Assembly: GCA_964605875.1 (NCBI GenBank)
Contig: CAZSEG010000001.1
Span: 28,465-68,588 of the forward strand
Source of the DNA: an uncultured Chitinophagaceae bacterium
Lineage (GTDB): Bacteria > Bacteroidota > Bacteroidia > Chitinophagales > LD1
Direction: 5' to 3'
Length of the DNA: 40,124 nucleotides
Each line of letters begins with the position of its first letter. Position 1 is the stretch's first letter. Below are positions 17,205-24,800 of this stretch, one piece after another. The position numbers and the translations under genes are program-made. Under the pieces are notes generated by a model. It saw only the letters and a list, made by a program, of their open reading frames with translations. It did not search any database and was not told the DNA's origin.

Positions 17205-18728
17205 TTAAAACGGATAAACGCTTTGCGTTACATCGGTGTAAGCCACCAGCATCGGCATGTACATCGAAGGGTCAATTTCTTTGCCCGCCCCGCCATACAT
17301 GGCAGCCGATTTAGGGTCGCCTTTTTGCGCCTTGGCATATTCTACCGCAGCTTTCAAATCTTTTTCAAACTCTTCAACAATGCCTGCATTTGTAACCTGC
17401 GGACCCGTAATACAAAAGTGAAAGCCATTGGGGTGTTGTTGCCCGTTCATGCGCCAGCCTTTGGTTTTCAGGTAATCGTTTACGTGGTAAATATTGAACT
17501 GGTGTGAACCGACAGCAGTGATAAACAACGAATCTCCAATCAATTTTAATTCAGGAATGCTGCGCACTACATCTTTCATCCTTTTGTTTACGTCAAAAAT
17601 CTGTTTGGCGCGTTTTATGTAACCTTCCTTACCGTAATGCACCATTGCCGCCCATGTAGCCGCAAACAAGCCACCCGATTTGCTGCCGTTGAAGCCCGTA
17701 GAAATATACACGCCACCGGGCCAATCAACATAGCCACTATACTGGTACTGTCTTAGTTTTTCATTGCTGAATAAAACAGTGGAAGTGCCTTTCAGCGAAT
17801 AGCCATATTTATGTGTATCGGCAGAAATTGCCGTAACGCCCGACAAGCGAAAATCGAACACCGGACAAGTAATGCCCAAAGGTTCAGCCCAAGCCAAAAT
17901 AAAACCACCCAGACAACCATCCACATGAAAGCCCACTTTGTGCTTCACGGCAATGTCTGACAGTTTTTCGATAGGGTCAATAATGCCATGTCCGTAGTTG
18001 CCTGCCGAACCCATAATCATTACTGTGTTGGATGTTATTTTACTTTCAATATCTGCAACATCGGCTTGAAAATTCTCGTCCAGTTTTGCAGTATGAACTT
18101 TGATATTTAAGTAATGTGCTGCTTTGAAAAATGCAGGGTGCGCGCTGGCGGGCAACACAATTTCGGGTTGCGTAATGCCTTTGTCCACGCCCCACTCGCG
18201 GTGAACATACACCGATTGAAAAATACTATCTGTGCCACCTGTGGTAAGTGAGCCGCAGGCTTTTTCTTTCGGGTTGCGTTGGTTCACGGCATCGCCATTA
18301 AACAAGCCGAGCGTCATGGCAATAATTTCGCCTTCGTATTTTGTAAGCGAAGGGCACACATCGCGCTGAATGGAATTTACCTGCGAGTAATACGAAAATG
18401 CTTCGTTCAAAAAATCGTAATGGTCCTGGTCGCCATGATAAAACGAGCCGGAGATTTTGCCGCCCTTCCAACTGCCGCTTTCCGCAGCGTGCATTTCTTT
18501 TATTTGCTTCAAAACCTCTTCGCGCGAAGAAGATTTTTCGGGCATCTTACTGTTCACCGGATATTTATCCCTGTATGGAAACAACGAATCCACCATTTCG
18601 GGATTGTTGCGCATTTCGTTTTTCACCAAGTCAATTTTCTTATCGTCCGTCATGCTGCGCTGCACGGCTCTCGCCACCGATGGAAGATGTTTTACAATTT
18701 GCTTCTCAAAAAATTTTGCGATACCCAT
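17205..18728 (-). CDS. PLP-dependent sphingosine-1-phosphate lyase-like enzyme (group II decarboxylase fold)
   Basis: 'ISADTHKYGYSLKGTS' closely matches the S1P-lyase PLP-lysine motif (SADTHKYGFAPKGSS). 507 aa. Confidence 0.7.
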   Translation of the reverse strand: MGIAKFFEKQIVKHLPSVARAVQRSMTDDKKIDLVKNEMRNNPEMVDSLFPYRDKYPVNSKMPEKSSSREEVLKQIKEMHAAESGSWKGGKISGSFYHGDQDHYDFLNEAFSYYSQVNSIQRDVCPSLTKYEGEIIAMTLGLFNGDAVNQRNPKEKACGSLTTGGTDSIFQSVYVHREWGVDKGITQPEIVLPASAHPAFFKAAHYLNIKVHTAKLDENFQADVADIESKITSNTVMIMGSAGNYGHGIIDPIEKLSDIAVKHKVGFHVDGCLGGFILAWAEPLGITCPVFDFRLSGVTAISADTHKYGYSLKGTSTVLFSNEKLRQYQYSGYVDWPGGVYISTGFNGSKSGGLFAATWAAMVHYGKEGYIKRAKQIFDVNKRMKDVVRSIPELKLIGDSLFITAVGSHQFNIYHVNDYLKTKGWRMNGQQHPNGFHFCITGPQVTNAGIVEEFEKDLKAAVEYAKAQKGDPKSAAMYGGAGKEIDPSMYMPMLVAYTDVTQSVYPF

Positions 18729-18796
18729 GATGTGTTTTTATTAAATGCTGTTCAATAACTTTTCCAAAGTTTAAACTTTGGAGAAGTTACTTAGAA

Positions 18797-20422
18797 TTAT
18801 TTCAACAAACCCGTTACTACTTTTCCGACACAGCCATTCGGCTCTTGAATTTTCAAAAGCGCGGCAACGGTTGGCGCGATGTCCGTCATGTAGGTGCGGC
18901 TGTAATCTTTGCCATGTTTAATGCCCCAACCGAACCACAATAAAGGAATATGCGTGTCGTAAGGATGAATACTGCCGTGTGTTGTTCCCTTTGGAAAATC
19001 GTTCATCCATGCGGGGTCAAAAAGCATCTGCACATCGCCTGTGCGTCTGGGATTATACTGATTATTCAGGCAGGTTCTGTACCAATCGGGCATGGTGGTT
19101 TCATTCACTTTTCTGATGTCAATAACGCGGGCAATTCCTTTTTCATTTCCCAAAAATTTAGTGAGCGATTCCGCCACATCTGCAATATCAATTTTTGCCG
19201 CATTGAGGGTTTCGTAATTCAAAACCACCTGCAAATTGATAACGGCATGAATCATATTTTTCTTGCCATAAGTTTGTTGTAAAAATGAATCCGCTTTGAT
19301 ATAAAGTTGCTTGTCAAACATATTGCCTGCCGGAACGTGGTTGTCTTTATTGAAGCCGACAGCGTGTGCCGCACCGTGATCTGCGCTCATAAAAAACAGG
19401 TAATTTCCTTTGCCTACTTTTTCATCCAGGAACGAAAGAAAATCCGAAAGTTCTCTATCGAAGCGAATGTAGGCATCTTCCATTTCGATAGAATTGGGAC
19501 CAAAAGTATGCCCGATATAATCGGTAGAAGAAAAACTTACGGCAAGAAAATCTGTGATGCCGCGATTGCCCAAAGTGTCGCCAATCACGGCAGCTTTAGC
19601 AAATTCAAAAGTAAGTGTGTTGCCAAACGGAGTTGATTTAATGATTTCGGTACCGGAGGTTTTAAGGTCGGTGAGTTTGTGTTCAAACACGGGTAAATCT
19701 TCGTTGGAAAGCGTGGCTTCATACCACATATTATCTTCGGTGCTTTCCCAATATTTCGACATTTCCATCAAGGTGTTCCAGTTCTTTTTCACGTAAGCAT
19801 CCACCAATTTTTTGTCGTTGAAATTTTTTACCCATTTTGGTAATTCTTTCATGTAAAACGAACTTGTTATCCAGTTGCCGTTTGTGCCGTCATACCAGTA
19901 AGCAGCATTGGCGGTGTGTCCTGCGGGAAGAATACCGCCTCTGTCTTTTAGCGCAATGCCAACAGTTTTTGAGCGAAAGTTTGTTGCCAAGCGCAGTTCA
20001 TCGCATACGGTTGTTGTCAATAATCTATGTGGCGATTGCTGCCCTACTTTCTTATTGCCACCAATGGAATTTACAGTAGTATCATTGGTACAATACACAA
20101 TGCGGTTTTCATCTCTGTCGAACCAATCGTTGCCCGTGATGCCGTGAATTGCAGGCACGCTGCCCGTGTATATGCCCGTGTGCCCCGGAGCAGTGTATGA
20201 TGGGAAATGACTGATGTAAGTCTGTTCGTTGGCGTAGCCTTCATTCAAAATACGTTTGAAACCATTGCCTGTATATTTTTCGCTGTAGCGATAGAGATAA
20301 TCCCAGCGCATTTGGTCAACCACCATGCCCACCACCAGCTTTGGGCGCGATGTTACGGTTTGCGAAAATGTTTGTGTGCAAAAAAATAATGCCGCTGTAA
20401 AAACAGAAAGAAATTTTACCAT
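18797..20422 (-). CDS. alkaline phosphatase / nucleotide pyrophosphatase family protein (PafA-like)
   Basis: Signal peptide. 'VVGMVVDQMRWDYLYRY', 'GHTGIYTG' and 'MSADHG' motifs of the AlkP-superfamily PafA/NPP type. Confidence 0.75.
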   Translation of the reverse strand: MVKFLSVFTAALFFCTQTFSQTVTSRPKLVVGMVVDQMRWDYLYRYSEKYTGNGFKRILNEGYANEQTYISHFPSYTAPGHTGIYTGSVPAIHGITGNDWFDRDENRIVYCTNDTTVNSIGGNKKVGQQSPHRLLTTTVCDELRLATNFRSKTVGIALKDRGGILPAGHTANAAYWYDGTNGNWITSSFYMKELPKWVKNFNDKKLVDAYVKKNWNTLMEMSKYWESTEDNMWYEATLSNEDLPVFEHKLTDLKTSGTEIIKSTPFGNTLTFEFAKAAVIGDTLGNRGITDFLAVSFSSTDYIGHTFGPNSIEMEDAYIRFDRELSDFLSFLDEKVGKGNYLFFMSADHGAAHAVGFNKDNHVPAGNMFDKQLYIKADSFLQQTYGKKNMIHAVINLQVVLNYETLNAAKIDIADVAESLTKFLGNEKGIARVIDIRKVNETTMPDWYRTCLNNQYNPRRTGDVQMLFDPAWMNDFPKGTTHGSIHPYDTHIPLLWFGWGIKHGKDYSRTYMTDIAPTVAALLKIQEPNGCVGKVVTGLLK

Positions 20423-20479
20423 GCTCCAAAAATGAAATAATTATGGGGAATAAGGGTTAAGAGATTGTAATGCAGCAAC

Positions 20480-21721
20480 TCAAATCTCCTTCAACATAAA
20501 CCTGCGCAATAAATTCATGGCGGAGTTTGCGCTTACTTTAATATTCTCCATTCGCGATGGAAAGAAATGATACCTGCGTGTGATAATTCTTTCATTGTTT
20601 CCAACGGCAAAACAAACTGTGCCAACGGGTTTTTCGGGAGTGCCGCCACCGGGTCCTGCAACGCCTGAAACTGCCACGCCATAAGTTGCGCCTGTGTGTT
20701 GTAAAATTCCTTTCACCATTTCGGCTGCGGTTGCTTCGCTTACTGCGCCATATTGCAAAATAGTTTCGGGAGCAACATTCAGTAAGCCTGTTTTTAAATC
20801 GTTGTGATAGCTGATTACGCTTCCCAAAAAGTACGCAGAACTACCTGCAATAGAAGTAATGAGATGCGCCATGTAACCACCTGTGCAGCTTTCGGCTGTG
20901 GCAAGTGTACTGTTTTCAGCCAGCAACATTTTACCGATTTGTTCCTGCAAAGTAATTTCTGTGTCGCTGAAAACATATTCAGGCAAAAGCGATTTCAACA
21001 AGGCAAATTTTTCATCTGCTTCCTGTTCGGTAGCCTCGCCATAAGCGCTCAGGCGAAGTTTTACAATCCCCAATTCAGGCAGGTAAGCCAACTTCATATA
21101 TGTTGGAAGATTGGCTTCAAAATCGCGCAACAAATTTGCAATGCTTGATTCGCCTGCACCCGATGTCATCAATGTTTTGTGAATGATTTTCGGAAGCTCA
21201 AAGTGTTGTAACAATTTCGGCAATACCTGTTTTTCCATCAGGTGTTTCATTTCGTGCGGCACACCGGGCATGGAAACAAACACAACACCTTTTTCATCAA
21301 ACCACATACCTTGTGCCGTGCCGCGCATATTGGGCAGCATGGTTGCGTTTGCAGGCAGCATTGCCTGACTGCGGTTCATTTCCAAAACCTCTTTGCCGCG
21401 CTTTTCAAAAATGGTTTTCATTTTCTCCCACACCTCTTCGTAGAAGGTAAAGCCAACGCCAAAATATTCAGCTAATGTTTTCTTGGTGATGTCATCTTTT
21501 GTGGGACCCAAACCTCCCGTAATAATCACCAATTGCGATTGCGATGAAGCAAGATTCAAAGCATCGGTAATTTGTCCGGCATCATCACCAATGGCAAGCC
21601 TTTGAAAAATTCTGATGCCGATTTTATTCAGTTCCTGACCAATCCATGCGCTGTTGGTATCAATGGTCTGCCCAATCAATAATTCATCGCCAATGGTAAT
21701 GATGGTAGCTGAGATTTTCAT
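20480..21721 (-). CDS. cinA: competence/damage-inducible protein CinA (MoCF-like N-domain plus NMN amidohydrolase C-domain)
   Basis: 'IITIGDELLIGQTIDTNSAWI', 'ITGGLGPTKDD', and the C-terminal 'ESCTGG...GVAGPGGG' PncC/CinA motif. Confidence 0.85.
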   Translation of the reverse strand: MKISATIITIGDELLIGQTIDTNSAWIGQELNKIGIRIFQRLAIGDDAGQITDALNLASSQSQLVIITGGLGPTKDDITKKTLAEYFGVGFTFYEEVWEKMKTIFEKRGKEVLEMNRSQAMLPANATMLPNMRGTAQGMWFDEKGVVFVSMPGVPHEMKHLMEKQVLPKLLQHFELPKIIHKTLMTSGAGESSIANLLRDFEANLPTYMKLAYLPELGIVKLRLSAYGEATEQEADEKFALLKSLLPEYVFSDTEITLQEQIGKMLLAENSTLATAESCTGGYMAHLITSIAGSSAYFLGSVISYHNDLKTGLLNVAPETILQYGAVSEATAAEMVKGILQHTGATYGVAVSGVAGPGGGTPEKPVGTVCFAVGNNERIITRRYHFFPSRMENIKVSANSAMNLLRRFMLKEI

Positions 21722-21811
21722 GCCGCAATATTAGACTTCTTCAGAAAATAACCCTTCGACTTCTTGCTATGAAGGCGACCATTTTCAGAAGAAGTCTATC
21801 CGTTGAACCGC

Positions 21812-21840
21812 AAAAAAAAGACCGCCCTCACCGGGCGGTC
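21812..21840 (-). terminator. rho-independent terminator downstream of the giant adhesin gene
   Basis: On the minus strand, a GACCGCCC-GGTGA-GGGCGGTC hairpin is followed by TTTTTTTT (A-run at 21812-21819 on the plus strand). Confidence 0.75.
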
Positions 21841-21863
21841 TTTCAAATTTCAAAAGAAATTAT

Positions 21864-24800
21864 CTATCGAAGCAAGGTCAATGCGCCTTGTTTTCTTCTT
21901 TCAATTTTTTCGCCCGGGCGAGCGGCATCTTCTTCAAAATAAATAATGAAGTAAGTGTAGCTTCCTGCGGGTTGCGGTGTGCCTTTGTAGCTGCCGTCCC
22001 ATCCTTCGGGGATGTCATGCGCCAGTTGCCCCCAACGGTTGTAAATACGGAACTCTTTAACTTCCGGTGCGTAGTTGGAAACAGGGAAGAAGCGGTCGTT
22101 TTTACCATCACCATTTGGCGAAAACACATTCGGCATCACCGTTTTAATTGCCACATAAATAAAGCGGGTAGCATCGGCAAAACACGCCTCATTGCCGCCT
22201 GCATTGCGCACACGCACCGTGTAGTTGGTATGCACTGTTGGCGTGGCTGTTGTGGAAGCGCAAGTTTCGCAGCTTAAACCTGCGCCTGGTATCCATTCAT
22301 AAACAGGCGCATCGGCATTTTGGGTTGTTACATCCAACTGCACGCTTTCGCCTAAATTCAAATAAACAGTATCCACCGCAGGCGCAATGCTTGCCTGTAT
22401 TTGCAATGGCTCATGCACATCCACTTTGTAAGTATCTACACAGAAATTGGCATTGCGGATAACAATAGTGTAAGCACCATTGTCCAAACTATCGAAAGTC
22501 AATGAATCCTGATACGCACCACCGTTGAATGAATACTGGTAAGGAGCGTTCGTTGCGTTTACAGGCTCAATCGTAATTTTACCATCAGCAAAATCACCAA
22601 AACAAGAAGTTGAATCCACATCGAATGTAAACACATCCGGTCTTGCGACAGCAATGTTGTATGTGCCTGCAACAATATCACAACCCGCAGCATCCGTAAC
22701 TCTTGCAGTGTAATTACCCACAGGTAAATTGAGGAATTGCCCGTTGCTGTTGCTGAAAGTATCCGTTCCGTTGCTGACCACAAAAACCAAAGCAGGAGTT
22801 CCGCCCGTAGCGGTGAAAGTCAAAGTGCCGTCATTTTTGCCGAAGCAAATATTTGGCGTTCCGCTGACGGTTGAAACATTGATGGAAGGCGGCTCGGAAA
22901 TTGTTCTGTTGCCTGTTACCTGACAGCCGTGCGCATCCGTAACCGTAAAGAAATAAGTGCCCGGAGCAAGATTCACAGCCGAATCGCCCGATTGCGCAGC
23001 CGTTGGCGACCATTGATAGCTGTAAGGCTGCGTTCCGCCCGAAGGATTGGTTGCAACAAAGCCCGTGTTCGGCTGATTGCATTTCACATTCGATGCCACA
23101 GGATTTACCGCCAAAACATCGGGGTTTGTAACCGTATAAGTTTCAGAAGTTACACATTGATTTGCATCTCTGATAGTAACAGAATATGTACCCGGCACTA
23201 AACCTGTTTTTGAAGTGTCGTTGCCCGGCAAAGTCGGATTCCATGTATAGGTGTATGGACGAGTTCCGCCTGTCGGTTGCAGTAATATTGAACCGTCATT
23301 CGCGTTGTTGCAACTGATGTTTCTGAAAGTTGCGTTCGGCTGCAATGAATCGGGTGCGCCAATAACTGCTTGCGTTGTTGCCACACAACCGTTTCTGTCG
23401 GTGATGGTTACGGTGTAAGTTCCCGTTGCCAAATTCACCGCCCAGCTTGAATCCTGCGCAGGAACAGTTGACCATTGATAATCGAATGGTCCTAAACCGC
23501 CTTTGCCATTTGCCCATGCGTAGCCGTTCGCGCTATACGAACAAAGATTGTTGCCCACCGTTCTGATTTCCGCAATAAATGTATCGCTTTGAACAATGGT
23601 AACATTTGCCACCGAAAAACATTGGTCTGCGCCCGTAACCGTAACACTGTAAGTTCCCGCACAAAGATTTTGCGCGTTGTCGGTTGTGCTGCCCGTACTC
23701 CACAAATAAGAGAAAGGCGCAACACCATTAAACGGACGAACTCTTGCAAAACCATCGCAAGCCGCATAGCAAGAAGTTCCTTTGCTGCTGTCCACAAATG
23801 CAATCAAACCACTGCCCGGGCTAACAAACGCAGAGCCAACCGAAGTGCATCCCGAAGGTTGCGAAGTAACCGTAACCGTGTAAGTTCCCGCTAAAACGTT
23901 GTTTAAGTTTTGCGTGGTTGAACCCGTGCTGTCATCCCACAAATAGGTGTATGTTCCTTGCGGTGTTACGTTGGCAGTTATTGAACCGTTGTTGCCGCAA
24001 TCTGCATTTACGGTAGTGAACGTTACCGCAGGTGTTTCGCTAACGTTTACGGTAATGCTGTCGCGCGAAGTACATTGCCCGTTCGCGCTTGTGCCGATAA
24101 CCGTGTAAGTAACCGTTGATGCCGGAGAAGCAACCACCACGCTGTCGGTTGTGGAACTTAAACCAAACGATGGCGACCAATTGTAGGCATCCGCTCCGCT
24201 TGCCGTTAAAGTAATATCCGTTCCTGTGCAAAGCACCGTTGAACCCGAAATATTTACATTAGGTTGAGGAACAACACGCAAAAACACTGTTTTGTATGGC
24301 GAATAACCGCAGCAATCGGAGAAGATTCGGAGTTTAACTTCATACTCACCTGCCGTGTTAAACACCAATCCGTTGAAGGTTTGATATTGTGAGCCTGTGT
24401 AAGTTGAAGGAGAAATCGCACCGCCAAAATCCCAATCGTAGCTTGTTGCGCCCGCAATCACTGCTTGAAAACTTGTTGGTTGCCCTGCGCAAACAAAATA
24501 CGAATCAACACCGAAAGGCGTTGCCGAAGTTAAAATATCGGGAACGAAACTTGCCTGGTCAATCGCAATGTTTGCAAAGCCTGTGTAGTTATCGCTATTG
24601 AATGAAATATTTTTTCTGCCGATAAGCGTGTAGCTTGTGTTGGCAGGTGTTGCGCTTGCTGTTGGCGGAGTTGCATTCGCGCCAAAATTCCAATTGCCTT
24701 GTGTATTTTGCTGATGCCCGAAAGTAACCTGCGTGTTGGTGCAACTTGTGTTGGAAACATTGATTACCTGTTGAGCAGTCAAGTTGAACAAAGTGTCGTC

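Noticed and set aside
17223-18758. Several 94-159-aa plus-strand ORFs (17223..17507, 18279..18758, 18398..18730, 18457..18744).
   Set aside because: All are antisense to the S1P-lyase-like gene, which has clear family motifs. These are typical shadow ORFs.
18764-18781. Perfect 18-nt palindrome CCAAAGTTTAAACTTTGG between the phosphatase stop and the S1P-lyase start.
   Set aside because: It could be a terminator or operator, but no T-tract follows on the transcribed strand and it is a single occurrence. Not enough to report as a feature.
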